From Candidatus Spongiisociaceae bacterium (GTDB taxonomy: Bacteria > Actinomycetota > Acidimicrobiia > Spongiisociales > Spongiisociaceae): a DNA stretch of 64,000 bases. The stretch lies in the NCBI GenBank assembly GCA_965219685.1, contig CBDCOH010000002.1:1824001-1888000 (forward strand), read 5' to 3'. The notes beneath the pieces were generated by a model that was not told where the DNA came from, made no database searches, and saw only the letters and a program-made list of their open reading frames with translations. Below are positions 26,530-36,973 of the stretch, piece by piece; the first letter of the stretch is position 1; each line of letters begins with the position of its first letter. The position numbers and the translations under genes are program-made.

Positions 26530-27692
26530 TTCGGTATGCGAGCGCCCATGATCACGGCTCCTGCCAGCGCCATGACGAGAGACATCGCCCACAGGACCGG
26601 GTAGCCACCGGTGAGGTCCACGCTCCAGCCTTGGATCGGCGGCCCGACGCCGAGCCCGGCCATGAACCCGAACATCACCACTCCTGACTGGGAGCCGGCC
26701 AGGCCCGATCCCGCTCGACTGATCACAGCCACCATCCCCACCGAGTTCCACGAACTGGTCGTGAAACCCATCAGCAGTGCTCCGGCCGCCAACTGCCATG
26801 CCCGCCCGCCGTAGGGAGCAGTGAGTATCAGGGCGAACGAGACGGCGCCTGCGGTTGCTTGCCACGTGAGGATCTTCTCGAACTCGCCACCACGATCGGC
26901 GAGGCGAGCCCATATCACCCGGCCCACGACAGCCGCGAGCCCTGCCAGACCGGCGGCGGCTCCGCCCAGGACCGGACTTAGCAGGAGCACCTCCTGTGCG
27001 TACAGCGGTATGAAGGCCACCGCAGAATTGGCGTACCCGAGCAGGAAGGCGAACACGGTCATGGCCACCAGGTCGGGATCGAGGCGGAGGGCGGCAACCC
27101 CGCCCGCTCGCACACGTCGCTCCCCGGGGTCGCGGGGCACGGCGACTCCGGTCGCAACCACCGCCGCGAGGGTCAAAGCCCCCACGATCCCGAGAGCGGC
27201 GCGCCATCCGAGACGCAGGGCCACGGGCGGCAGCGCGACCCCGCTCAGGAAGAGGGCAAGCGACACCCCCGACTGCTTGACACCGGTCACGATCCCCCTC
27301 CGCCGGGCAGGAAGGTGGAGGGCGATGGTCTTGTTGGTGGCGGAGTTGGCTGCCGACAGCGGCACGGACGCGATAACGGACGCCACGTACATCACCAGAA
27401 CGTTCCTGGCGACCGCGTACAGAAAGAAAGACAGGGCGCTCAGGGCGAACACCGCTAGGAGCGAACGCTTCGCCCCGATCAGATCGACTGCCCTCCCCGA
27501 CGGTATGGCGACGACGGCGCCGACCGCGGAACTCACTGCGATGATCGCCCCGAGTTCCGCTCGTGTCATGGAGAACTCTCCGATCAGGAAGTGTGCAAGG
27601 ATCCCCAGGGCATGGGAGGTCATCGTGCTGACCGCCATTGCCAGCAGCATCAGGACGGTCAGGGTGATACGGGTCCTGGGTTCCTGTTGCAT
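26520..27692 (-). CDS. MFS transporter
   Basis: About 12 hydrophobic segments. MFS loop motifs GRAVDLIGAK and ARLADRGG. Confidence 0.88.
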   Translation of the reverse strand: MQQEPRTRITLTVLMLLAMAVSTMTSHALGILAHFLIGEFSMTRAELGAIIAVSSAVGAVVAIPSGRAVDLIGAKRSLLAVFALSALSFFLYAVARNVLVMYVASVIASVPLSAANSATNKTIALHLPARRRGIVTGVKQSGVSLALFLSGVALPPVALRLGWRAALGIVGALTLAAVVATGVAVPRDPGERRVRAGGVAALRLDPDLVAMTVFAFLLGYANSAVAFIPLYAQEVLLLSPVLGGAAAGLAGLAAVVGRVIWARLADRGGEFEKILTWQATAGAVSFALILTAPYGGRAWQLAAGALLMGFTTSSWNSVGMVAVISRAGSGLAGSQSGVVMFGFMAGLGVGPPIQGWSVDLTGGYPVLWAMSLVMALAGAVIMGARIPKHP

Positions 27693-28125
27693 GAACGGGA
27701 GTCCCGTCAGCCCGACATCGGGGCGCCACCGCTGCGCTGGTCTTCGCCCTCGCACTCCCCCGGCCCGACCCCAGGTCGCCTGTACGGCCTAACGATGCGC
27801 CAATGCACCCTTCCCTTGATCACTACTCACGGAACTCACTGCGGGAAGGGCTCCAAGCGGGGTTCTGAACACAGCGCATCTCGTCAGGTGAGATTTTCTC
27901 GGCTCCACAACTAGTTCGCCAGTAGCGTACCTGTCACCCGGGGACGCCCGCAGTTATACTCTCGCCATCCGACGGAGGATCCCGCTTGGGTGCGCTTCCA
28001 ATCGCGAAGGCTCATCAGCATCCCGCCCAACGGTCCGCCCTGCCTCCGACCAACCCGGACTCCCGGAGCTTCCGTCCATGTCCATCCGCACCCGCGACTG
28101 CCGGCCACCCTGATCGCCCGGATCA

Positions 28126-28953
28126 GTGGTTGCGGTGACCGAGGCTCTCGATCCCCACCCAGATGAGACACTGAGACGCCCTGCCGTCGTTACCCGCGAA
28201 CTATCGATCGTTTACGGCACCGGAAAGGACGCTGTCGTCGCTCTCGACGGCTTCAACACCGCGATCGACGAGAACGAATTCGTAGCGATCATCGGCCCTT
28301 CCGGTTGCGGGAAGTCCTCACTCCTGAAGGCCATATGCGATCTGTTGCCCGCCGAAGTCGTGCAGGGTGACATAGAGGTGCATGGACGGTCGCCTTTCGA
28401 TGCGCGCCGTGACAACGCCTTCGCGTTCGTATTCCAGGACCCGGTGCTCGCTCCCTGGCGTACGGTCATAGAGAACGTCTCTCTTCCCTTGGAAGTGGTC
28501 GACTCCGACCGCTCCGACATCGACACAAGGCCGCAGGAACTCGTGGAGCTGGTCGGTCTCAGCGGCTTCGAGAACGCACTACCCCATTCGTTGTCGGGAG
28601 GCATGAGACAGCGGGTGGCGATCGCGAGAGCTCTCACTCTCGAACCGTCCGTTCTGTTGCTGGACGAACCCTTCGGCGCGTTGGACGAACTGACACGGGA
28701 CTACATGCATGACGAGCTCCTCAAGATATGGCGCACGACAGAAGCCAGCGTGCTGCTGATAACTCACTCCATCCCCGAGGCCGTATACCTCTCCGACCGG
28801 GTACTCGTTCTCAGCGCCCGCCCGGGCAGGCTGCTCACCGATATCGACATCCCGTTCCCCCGGCCACGGGACCCGAACTTGAAGACATCCGTAGAGTTCC
28901 TGAAAAGGACCAACGAGGTACGAGCTTCGCTAAGCCAGGAGTTCCATGACTGA
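28126..28953 (+). CDS. ABC transporter ATP-binding protein (NitT/TauT family)
   Basis: Motifs GPSGCGKS, LSGGMRQR, LLLDEPF and ITH. Confidence 0.95.
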   Translation: MVAVTEALDPHPDETLRRPAVVTRELSIVYGTGKDAVVALDGFNTAIDENEFVAIIGPSGCGKSSLLKAICDLLPAEVVQGDIEVHGRSPFDARRDNAFAFVFQDPVLAPWRTVIENVSLPLEVVDSDRSDIDTRPQELVELVGLSGFENALPHSLSGGMRQRVAIARALTLEPSVLLLDEPFGALDELTRDYMHDELLKIWRTTEASVLLITHSIPEAVYLSDRVLVLSARPGRLLTDIDIPFPRPRDPNLKTSVEFLKRTNEVRASLSQEFHD

Positions 28954-28968
28954 GAGGATGGGAACCAG

Positions 28969-29811
28969 ATGAGCACCGACCCGGGCGGCCGGTCTGCGTC
29001 AGGTCTCCGCTCCGCGGTGATACCGCCCGAGCGTGAGATCAAGCTCCTCCGCGACATCGCCAAGAGGTCCATGGTTCTGGTCGTCCTCATCGCCACGGTA
29101 ATCGTTTGGGAATCTTGGGTGACGTTGCGGGACATCCCGAATTACCTCTTTCCGAAACCGACCACGGTCGTTGATCGGCTCGTTGCGAAACCGGCGGTCA
29201 TGACCGAGGCCTTCCTGTTCACGTTCGTCGAGTCGATCATCGGGTTTGCCCTTGCTTCCATTGTCGGGATTGCCCTGGCCATTCTGATCGCCCGGTCGGC
29301 GCTACTCGAACGGCTCATATATCCGTATCTGAACATCATCCGAGTCACGCCGGTTATCGCCATCGCACCGCTGTTAACGATCTGGTTCGGGCACGGCATT
29401 CTCCCCCAAGCTTTGATAGCAGCCCTGATCGCCTTCTTCCCGATCGTGGTGACAACCGTGCTCGGACTCAAGTCCGTGGATCCGGAACTGGTCAGTTTGA
29501 TGAAACTCCTGAACGCCACCGAGGCAAAGGAACTATGGAAGATCAGGCTTCCCAACGCCCTCCCCTACATCTTCTCGGCCTTCAGGATCTCGGCTCCGCT
29601 GGCGGTTGTCGGGGCTCTCGTCGGGGAGTTCGTCGGGGGCGCCCAAGGTCTGGGTTGGATACTGATAACAGCACGTGGCCGTCTGGATACGAGCACCGTG
29701 TTCCTGATGGTTGTGCTGGCAGTGCTGCTGGGCATCGCATCGTTCACGCTGGTTGTCGTATTCGAGAAGAGGTTCGTCAAGTGGCACCCGGCTGTCGTAC
29801 TCCATAGTTAG
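28969..29811 (+). CDS. ABC transporter permease (NitT/TauT family)
   Basis: Transmembrane helices, EAA-loop region, and IRLPNALPYIF...GEFVG. Confidence 0.93.
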   Translation: MSTDPGGRSASGLRSAVIPPEREIKLLRDIAKRSMVLVVLIATVIVWESWVTLRDIPNYLFPKPTTVVDRLVAKPAVMTEAFLFTFVESIIGFALASIVGIALAILIARSALLERLIYPYLNIIRVTPVIAIAPLLTIWFGHGILPQALIAALIAFFPIVVTTVLGLKSVDPELVSLMKLLNATEAKELWKIRLPNALPYIFSAFRISAPLAVVGALVGEFVGGAQGLGWILITARGRLDTSTVFLMVVLAVLLGIASFTLVVVFEKRFVKWHPAVVLHS

Positions 29812-29871
29812 GAGAACCGGAAGGACAGGCAAGGCCGTTTTTACATACGGCACGAACGGAAGGAGGGAAAC

Positions 29872-30912
29872 GTGAAGTTTATGAGACGCGCGCTCGGAAG
29901 AGGTGCGCATTCGCCCAGGCGGCCCATTGCAAAGGTCCTTGTCCTGGTGGCGGTAGCGGCGCTGGTCGCATCCGCATGCGCTGAGGAAGAGGCCGAAGAT
30001 GTGGTGATCCGCTTCAGCTTCGACTGGAAGATGGACGGCGACTGGGCTCCGCTGATCTGGGCCGGCGCGAACGGCTACTTCGAGGAGGAAGGTCTTAACG
30101 TCGAGTGGATGGAGGGAGACGGCTCAAGCGCCGTTCTGCCTCTCCTCGGTGCCGGCGAGCTCGAGATCGGCCAGATATCGGCTCCGCCCCTCGTCCTGAG
30201 CGTCCCCGAGGGTATCCCGGTGACGGTCGTGGGCGTCCAGGGGACGGGCAGCCCGAACGTATTCTTATGCGACCCGTCGATCCAGACGCCGGCCGATCTG
30301 GCAGGAAAGAGGTACGCCGACCAGGTAGGAGAGTTCGAGCACGCGCTGTGGATAGCGTGGACGGCTGCGAACAACGTGAACATCGCGGATGTGGATGTCA
30401 TACCGGCCACCGGCGAGAGCGGAGACGTGCTGTTCATCGAAGGGGAGCTCGACTGCTATATCGACTTCTGGACGTCGGGAGTGATTCCGGAAGTGCTGAA
30501 CGCTCGCGACGGCGAGGAGTCGCTCTTCTTCGTGAGGGACAGCCTGGACATCTACGGGCAGTCGATGGCGGTCAACAACGACTTCCTCGAGGAGCATCCG
30601 GACGCGGTCAGGGGGTTCCTGCGGGCCTATGCGAAGGGTGTCCAGTACGCGGTCAACAACCGTGACGCTACGCTGGAGAAGCTCATCGAAGAGATGCCGG
30701 CGAACGACCCGGACTCGTTGGCGTGGTCGATCGACCGCTACATCGAGCAGTGGGACAACGACCTGTCCCGAGCCGAAGGGATCCTGGCCTTCGAGGCGAG
30801 AGGCTTCGAAGCGACGAAGGAAGCCCTGGTGGACGCCGATCTGATGCCGGACATCGACATCAGCGGCCTCTACACCTTCGACTACCTGCCCGATCCGCCC
30901 ATAACGCCCTAA
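29872..30912 (+). CDS. ABC transporter substrate-binding lipoprotein (NMT1/THI5-like)
   Basis: Lipobox LVASAC, plus FDWKMDGDWAP and GYFEEEGLNV. Confidence 0.9.
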   Translation: MKFMRRALGRGAHSPRRPIAKVLVLVAVAALVASACAEEEAEDVVIRFSFDWKMDGDWAPLIWAGANGYFEEEGLNVEWMEGDGSSAVLPLLGAGELEIGQISAPPLVLSVPEGIPVTVVGVQGTGSPNVFLCDPSIQTPADLAGKRYADQVGEFEHALWIAWTAANNVNIADVDVIPATGESGDVLFIEGELDCYIDFWTSGVIPEVLNARDGEESLFFVRDSLDIYGQSMAVNNDFLEEHPDAVRGFLRAYAKGVQYAVNNRDATLEKLIEEMPANDPDSLAWSIDRYIEQWDNDLSRAEGILAFEARGFEATKEALVDADLMPDIDISGLYTFDYLPDPPITP

Positions 30913-30922
30913 CCATCGGCTG

Positions 30923-30970
30923 AGGTGTTGGCCGCCTTCGGGATGTTCCCCCAGGGCGGCCGACGCCTTT
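30923..30970 (+). terminator. Strong hairpin downstream of the binding-protein gene
   Basis: aggtgttggccgcc pairs with ggcggccgacgcct and is followed by a short T run. Confidence 0.5.
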
Positions 30971-30995
30971 CCAGCCCGAACCTGAGCGAGATCGA

Positions 30996-31973
30996 ATGAA
31001 GGGTGTGACGACAGTCTCCACGGAGGCTCTTCGCGACTACTGGCATCCGGTGGCTTTCTCCAGCGATGTAACCGACCGCCCGGCGGCCGTGAGTCTGCTG
31101 GACGAACGTGTGGTGCTCTACCGGACCACGAGCGGGCGCGCCGTCGCACACAAGGACCTGTGCATCCACAGGGGCACGCCGCTGTCGCTGGGATGGGTCG
31201 AGGAGGAGACGCTGGTGTGCGCCTACCACGGCTGGTCGTACGCGCCGGACGGCAGATGCATCCGTATTCCGTCGGTGGACCCGGCGCGCAAGATCCCGCC
31301 GAAGGCCCGTCTCACCACCTTCAGGGCCGTGGAGCGATACGGGATCGTATGGATCTGTCCCGGCGAGCCGGCGGCGCCGATCGCCGACTTCCCGGAGTTC
31401 GGCGACGGGAGCTTCCGGACCTTCCTCACCGAACAGGACGATTGGAATGCGAGCGCGGCCCGGCTAGTGGAGAACTTCGTGGACACCGCCCACTTCGCCT
31501 GGGTGCATCCCGGTCTCCTCGGAAACCGGGACAAGCCCCGTGTTCCGCCGATTCAGATCGCCAGAGGCGCGCACACGATCGATGTCACCATGAGGATGGA
31601 AGTGGCCAACGCAGTGCACAAGGGCGCCTACAGCGAGATCTACGACCAGATCACGCTGCCGTTCACCCTCCGGCAGGTGCGGACCGACCCGGACGGGGGG
31701 CGGCATATCGTCTTCCTGGCGATCTCTCCGGTCGGTTCGAACCGGCTCCGGCGGTTCTCCTACAAGATGCGCGACTACGACCTCGACGCCCCCGACGACC
31801 GGTTCATCGAGAAGTCGTCGATCGTGTCCGCCCAGGACCGGGCCATCGTGGAGGAACAGCGCCCGGAGGAGCTTCCGGTGGACCTGACCGCCGAGCTGCA
31901 TATCAAGGGCCCGGACGACCCGGCCCTGGTGTACCGCAAGGCGCTCGCTGCGATAGGCGTCGAGGTCCATTGA
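30996..31973 (+). CDS. Rieske non-haem iron oxygenase (VanA/NdmA-like demethylase type)
   Basis: Rieske ligands CIHRG and CAYHGW. Mononuclear Fe site ENFVDTAHFAWVH and AQD. Confidence 0.9.
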   Translation: MKGVTTVSTEALRDYWHPVAFSSDVTDRPAAVSLLDERVVLYRTTSGRAVAHKDLCIHRGTPLSLGWVEEETLVCAYHGWSYAPDGRCIRIPSVDPARKIPPKARLTTFRAVERYGIVWICPGEPAAPIADFPEFGDGSFRTFLTEQDDWNASAARLVENFVDTAHFAWVHPGLLGNRDKPRVPPIQIARGAHTIDVTMRMEVANAVHKGAYSEIYDQITLPFTLRQVRTDPDGGRHIVFLAISPVGSNRLRRFSYKMRDYDLDAPDDRFIEKSSIVSAQDRAIVEEQRPEELPVDLTAELHIKGPDDPALVYRKALAAIGVEVH

Positions 31974-32061
31974 ACAGGCCCGCCCGCCCGGCCGCCGCCG
32001 CCAGTCCGGCGATCGGGGGACGCGGGTGCATGCGTACGGACCGCGCGAGCAGGAACCACTG

Positions 32062-32895
32062 ATGATCGTCGACATGCACGCCAACCTCCTACCGGACGAC
32101 CCGGAGGCCATCGAGCAGATGCGTCGCATCGGAAACGTGGTGGCCGACCCGGCCTTGTGCACCCTGTCGGGAACGCTCGACCGCCTCGACAGCCACGGTA
32201 TAGACCGGGCGGTGGTGTGGCGCATAGGCAGATCGGCCGCCGAGTGCCGGCGCAACAACGACTTCGTGGCGGAGGCCGCGGCGCGGCATCCCGATCGCCT
32301 CATCCCCTTCGCGACCGTGTGGCCGCACGACCCGGACGGGGCGATCCGCGAGGCCGAGCGGGCGGTCGGGGAACTGGGGATGAGAGGCATCAAGCTGCAC
32401 CCCGTCCTGATGGAGGAGGTGATAGGAGGGCCTGGCTTTCTGGCCGTCGTCGAATGCGCCCGCCGACTGGACGTCCCGTTCGTGACCCACGTCAACCTGA
32501 CGGTCCTGGGTCAGTTGACCCCCGGAGGTCCGTATACGGCGGCGGATCGACCGCGCCCCGAGGACCGCTCCCCGTTGGCCGAGCCGGAAGGCCTGTTCCC
32601 GGTTGTCGACGTGTGGGATTCCCCGCGAGTGCAGGCGGCCCATATGGGAGGACTGTGGCTCCCCGACGTGCGCTCCTCGACGATCACGTTCCAGACGACC
32701 GGCGCATCCCGCCACGTGCTCCAGTGGGCCGTGGACAACGTAGGCGCCGAGAGGATCGTCTTCGGGGCCGACTATCCGTTCTACTTCGTCGACGACGAGC
32801 TGACCAAGGTGACGGCACTGGAGGCGTCGGCTGCCGAGAAGCACGCCATCCTGTCCGGCAACGCACTCACTCGGGTTCTGTCCGACCCTTCGTAG
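32062..32895 (+). CDS. Amidohydrolase_2 family protein
   Basis: Motifs IVDMH, GIKLHP, AHMGG and IVFGADYPF. Confidence 0.85.
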   Translation: MIVDMHANLLPDDPEAIEQMRRIGNVVADPALCTLSGTLDRLDSHGIDRAVVWRIGRSAAECRRNNDFVAEAAARHPDRLIPFATVWPHDPDGAIREAERAVGELGMRGIKLHPVLMEEVIGGPGFLAVVECARRLDVPFVTHVNLTVLGQLTPGGPYTAADRPRPEDRSPLAEPEGLFPVVDVWDSPRVQAAHMGGLWLPDVRSSTITFQTTGASRHVLQWAVDNVGAERIVFGADYPFYFVDDELTKVTALEASAAEKHAILSGNALTRVLSDPS

Positions 32896-32980
32896 CCTCG
32901 CATCGGCGGCTGTCGTACCCACCTCCGATGCTGAGGATCGTGACTGCCGCGGCACCCAGGAGCACCGATCCGCCGTTTTT

Positions 32981-34414
32981 TCAACCGTGCGAGTGGAGGT
33001 GGCTGCGTCCGGAGGGTGAGAGCCCGACGGTTTTCAGCCAGAGAGCCTTCACCTCCTCTTCGAGCCCGGCGGCACGCACGGTCTCGAGCGAGACCTCGGT
33101 CGCCTCGGCCAAGAGCTCCGGGACGTCCACCCCTTCGAGGCGTCCGTCGCGCAGCAGGAGATCACCGTTGACCACTACGTGGCGGACCGTGTGCCGGTCG
33201 GCCGCGAAGACCAGCGAGTCGACCGGGTTGGAAACCGGCCAGGAGCCCAGGGTCGCCAGATCGAACACGGCGAGGTCGGCGGCGGCGCCCGGTCTCAGGA
33301 CTCCGGAGTCGATTCCCAGAGCCAGCGCCCCGTCCCGGGTGGCCATCCGCAGCACCCGCTCCGGCGCCATGGCCTTGGGGTCACCGCTCACAGCCTTGTG
33401 GAGAAGCGCTGCGTACCGTAGCTCGCTGAGCATGTCGTAACGGTCGTTCACCATCCCGCCGTCCGTACCGAGGCCGACCCGGATGTCGCGAGCGAGCATC
33501 GCCGGAACGGGAGCAACTCCGGCGCCCGTTCGGGAGTTGGAACTGGGACAGTGCGAGACCGACGCACCCGTCCGCTGCAGAACCTCGAGATCGGACTCTG
33601 CGAGGTGGACTCCATGGGAGAGTACCGTCGAGGGACCGAGCAGCCCGATCGAATCGGCGTAGTCGAGCGGGCCCATACCGGTGCCCGCCCGGACCGCTTC
33701 AACGTCGGCCGTCTGCTCCGCGCAATGGAAGGTAAGCGGAACACGGTGTTGCGCTATCGCCGCGGATAGGGCCTGTCCGAGGCGGCGGTCCGCTCCGCTC
33801 AGGACGCGCAGCCCGAGCCAGAGGGCGATCCGCTCGCGGTTCTCCCGGCGCCATCGCCTGACGAACTCGCCGAACTCGGGACCGGTCACGTCGAGCGAGT
33901 CCGAGCCGGCATGGGAATGATGGCTGTGCCCGTGGGAATGGGCGGAGGCGCCGTACCCGGCTCCGGAGGCGACCGCCACCGCGAGCCCGGCCTTGATGCC
34001 GGTCTCCGCGGTCGCTGCCGCCACCTGATCGGCCAGGTGGGCGGGAACCTCCGGATCCAGCACGGCCGTGGTGCCGGACATCAGCATCTCCGCACACGCC
34101 AGCCGGACACCCACTCGGATCGAGTCCCCGTCGAGTTGGGCCATGAGCGGATGCTTGCGGTTGGCGATCCAGGCGATCGTGTCCTGCTCGCCGCCGCATC
34201 CCCTCCAGAGAACTTCGGCCATGTGCGCGTGGGTGTTGACGAATCCCGGCATCACGATCGAACCCCGGCAGTCGATCGACTCTCCGTGCCGGACGTGTCC
34301 CTCGACGATCCCGGCTACACGTCCCTCCTCGATCACGACGGTGGCCCCGGGACGGGCGGGCCGGGCGGGGTCCATCGTCAGCACCAGGCCGCCGGACAGG
34401 CTGCCGACCGTCAT
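32981..34414 (-). CDS. Metal-dependent amidohydrolase/deaminase with His-rich insert
   Basis: Motifs PGFVNTHAH, FHCAE, SHGVH, HCPSSN and GTDG. HSHGHSHHSH loop. Confidence 0.9.
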   Translation of the reverse strand: MTVGSLSGGLVLTMDPARPARPGATVVIEEGRVAGIVEGHVRHGESIDCRGSIVMPGFVNTHAHMAEVLWRGCGGEQDTIAWIANRKHPLMAQLDGDSIRVGVRLACAEMLMSGTTAVLDPEVPAHLADQVAAATAETGIKAGLAVAVASGAGYGASAHSHGHSHHSHAGSDSLDVTGPEFGEFVRRWRRENRERIALWLGLRVLSGADRRLGQALSAAIAQHRVPLTFHCAEQTADVEAVRAGTGMGPLDYADSIGLLGPSTVLSHGVHLAESDLEVLQRTGASVSHCPSSNSRTGAGVAPVPAMLARDIRVGLGTDGGMVNDRYDMLSELRYAALLHKAVSGDPKAMAPERVLRMATRDGALALGIDSGVLRPGAAADLAVFDLATLGSWPVSNPVDSLVFAADRHTVRHVVVNGDLLLRDGRLEGVDVPELLAEATEVSLETVRAAGLEEEVKALWLKTVGLSPSGRSHLHSHG

Positions 34415-34448
34415 GCAGCGGCTGGTCCCTCTCGACCGATGCGGTCGG

Positions 34449-34708
34449 CTAGATGATTAGTTCCTAGTCGGTAGTTGGTAGTCTGTAGTTGGTGAGCGGT
34501 GGTTAGCGTTAGATCGTGGCAAGTGTCGGCCTCGTTAGCACGGTTCCGGAGTCGCTGGCGGGCCGAGGGGCGACTCTCACGGAGTAGATGCGAGGGGATC
34601 CGGCCCAAAGGCAGATGCATATGAGCTACTGCTGTGTTGTACAGCGTTGTGTACTGATGGTATAGTTTCGGTCGCTTCCAGTCAGATCCCTTGGAACTAC
34701 TCATCTAG
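34449..34708 (+). mobile_element. MITE-like element copy B (260 bp, CTAG-bounded 19-bp terminal inverted repeats)
   Basis: Left end ctagatgattagttcctag, right end cttggaactactcatctag (17/19 complementary). Confidence 0.8.
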
Positions 34709-36973
34709 CGCCGCCAGCACCCGCTCCGGCGTCAGGGGTAGCGTGGTGACGCTGAGTCCCACCGCGTCGAGCAGCGCGTTGGCGACGGCCGGGGCGGGGA
34801 GCATGATGCTCGGCTCCCCTATTCCCTTGGCGCCGAAAGGCCCGGTCGGGTCCGGGCACTCCACGACCTGTACCTCGATGGAGGGACCGTCGCCCGCGTA
34901 TGCAACCGCGTAGTCCATGAGGGTCCCGTTCATCAGGACCCCACCATCGTCGACGATGAGCTCTTCCGTGAGAGCGAACCCCAGACCCTGGTGGGTGGCG
35001 CCCTCGATCTGCCCTTCCACGATGGTCGGGTTGATCGCCTTCCCCACGTCCTGGACTGCCAGCATACGGTTTACGGTCACCTCACCCGTCTCGACGTCGA
35101 GGTCCACTTCGGCGCAGTGGACCGCGTAGGTCGGGGCGTTCTCGAACTCCGTGTAGGCGGTCTCGACGATGTCGACCCCCCTCATGAGGGCCGCACGGGC
35201 GACCTCCGCCACCGTGATGCTGTAGCCGGGCGCGCCGATCGCGAACACCCGGCCCGAGTCCGCGGTCAGATCGGCGGCATCCACCTCCAAGAGTTCCGAT
35301 GCGATCCCCGCCAGCCGATCGCGTGCCTTGGTGGCCGCTGCCACGACCGCTTGCCCGCACCTGTAGAGGGACCGGCTGGCGTGTGCACCCGTGTCGAAGG
35401 GCGTGGCGCCGCTGTCGGCCGACGTGGTCCGCACGCTCTCGACATCGACTCCGAGTGCGTCGGCGCAGATCTGGGCAAGCGTGGTCCTGATCCCGGTCCC
35501 CATCTCGATGGCGGCGACGCCCAGGTCGACGGTGCCGTCGAGGTTGACCGACACGGTGGCTCCGCTCAGGTCTATCGACCCGGGCTTGCCGGCGATTCCG
35601 CTCTTCCAGGCTGTCATCGCCATCCCGCGGCCCCGGCGCAGGTGGGGTTCGGGCGGTGGATCAGCGGGCTCGTCCCACCCGAAGGCCTCAACGGCGACCC
35701 GGAGGGTCTCGTCGAATCCCGTCAGGTCGAGCGGCCGGTTTCGGGGACCCCACGGTACCCCGTCCCGCATCCGATGCCGGCGCCTGAACGAGATCGGATC
35801 GGAAGCTGTCGCCCGTGCCGCGAGGTCCATCATGTGCTCCAGAGCGAAGACCGACTGCGGACCGCCGTAACCGCGGAACGCCCCGGCGACCGGGGTGTTG
35901 GTGAACACGCCGACCACCTCGATGTCGGCGTTGGCGATGTCGTAGGTCTGCAGGAACTGGTTGGCGATCACTCTGAGAACCCGGGGGCTGTGGCTCCGGT
36001 AGGCGCCGCAGTCGACCCGGCATCGGGCTCTGAGACCGGCGATCCTCCCGTCGGGTGATAGGGCGACCGAGACGTCCGCGACCATCGCATGGCGGGATTC
36101 CGTACCGACGAAGTCCTCGGTCCGGTCGAACACCAGCCTGACCGGTCGCCCCGTGAGCAGGGACAGGGCCACGGCGTATGGTTCCGCGGTCAGGGCGTCA
36201 TTCTTGCCGAACGCGCCGCCGATCTCCGGGTTCACGACGCGAAGCCGGGTCTCGGGAATCCCGAACAGGTGCGCGAGGGTGCTGCGTGCCCGGTGCGGCG
36301 CCTGGTGGGGACTCCACACCTCGATCCGGCCGTCGGCCTGCGGGATCACGAGGCATCCGGTGGGCTCCAACTGGCACTGCTTCTGCCTCGGTGTCGTGAA
36401 TCGGCGCTCGACGACCCGATCCGCCCCGGAGAAGGCAACACCCGGATCACCGCTCACGACCCGGACGGTGTCGGCGATATTCGAGGACGTCGAGTCGTGA
36501 ATCACCACCGCATCCGGCGCCATGGCCGCCCCGAGTGCCACGGCGGGGTCGAGGGGCTGGTACCGGACGTCGATCAGACCCGCGGCGGCCTGAGCCTCCT
36601 TGCGGGAGCGTGCCGCGACCGCCGCGACCGGCTCGCCGATGTAGCGGACCCGGCGGTCGAACAGCCGGAAGTCACCGGGTTGGAGTTCGAAGGCCGGATC
36701 CCGCTCGAAGTCATGGCAGGCCGGGTCGAAGGACCGGGTCCCGGGGGCAACCTGACCGATGTTCGAGAGGGAGACAACCCCCTCGACCCCGGACGCCGAG
36801 CGGGCCGATGCCTCATCGACCGTTACCAGCGCGTGGTTGGAGAAGCTCCGCGCCAGCGCGGCGTGCAGCATGCCCGGCACGCTGATGTCCTCCACGTACG
36901 TGGCTGTGCCGAGCGCCTTCGACGTGGCGTCGACTCTCTCGACACGCCGCCCGACCGCTCGCGTCGCGATCAT
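34697..36973 (-). CDS. Xanthine dehydrogenase-family molybdopterin (large) subunit
   Basis: Motifs QLEP, GGAFG, AFRGYGGPQ, EMGTG, EGQIEG and GAKGIGEP. ATGA overlap with the small subunit. Confidence 0.92.
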   Translation of the reverse strand: MIATRAVGRRVERVDATSKALGTATYVEDISVPGMLHAALARSFSNHALVTVDEASARSASGVEGVVSLSNIGQVAPGTRSFDPACHDFERDPAFELQPGDFRLFDRRVRYIGEPVAAVAARSRKEAQAAAGLIDVRYQPLDPAVALGAAMAPDAVVIHDSTSSNIADTVRVVSGDPGVAFSGADRVVERRFTTPRQKQCQLEPTGCLVIPQADGRIEVWSPHQAPHRARSTLAHLFGIPETRLRVVNPEIGGAFGKNDALTAEPYAVALSLLTGRPVRLVFDRTEDFVGTESRHAMVADVSVALSPDGRIAGLRARCRVDCGAYRSHSPRVLRVIANQFLQTYDIANADIEVVGVFTNTPVAGAFRGYGGPQSVFALEHMMDLAARATASDPISFRRRHRMRDGVPWGPRNRPLDLTGFDETLRVAVEAFGWDEPADPPPEPHLRRGRGMAMTAWKSGIAGKPGSIDLSGATVSVNLDGTVDLGVAAIEMGTGIRTTLAQICADALGVDVESVRTTSADSGATPFDTGAHASRSLYRCGQAVVAAATKARDRLAGIASELLEVDAADLTADSGRVFAIGAPGYSITVAEVARAALMRGVDIVETAYTEFENAPTYAVHCAEVDLDVETGEVTVNRMLAVQDVGKAINPTIVEGQIEGATHQGLGFALTEELIVDDGGVLMNGTLMDYAVAYAGDGPSIEVQVVECPDPTGPFGAKGIGEPSIMLPAPAVANALLDAVGLSVTTLPLTPERVLAALDE

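Noticed and set aside
27911-28125. Riboswitch in the long leader of the ABC transporter operon
   Set aside because: No TPP, purine, guanidine or preQ1 consensus was recognisable by eye. An Rfam/Infernal scan is needed to exclude it.
34411-34704. 97-aa ORF spanning MITE copy B on the minus strand
   Set aside because: The equivalent frame in copy A lacks the ATG and stops after 13 codons, and no protein motif is recognisable.
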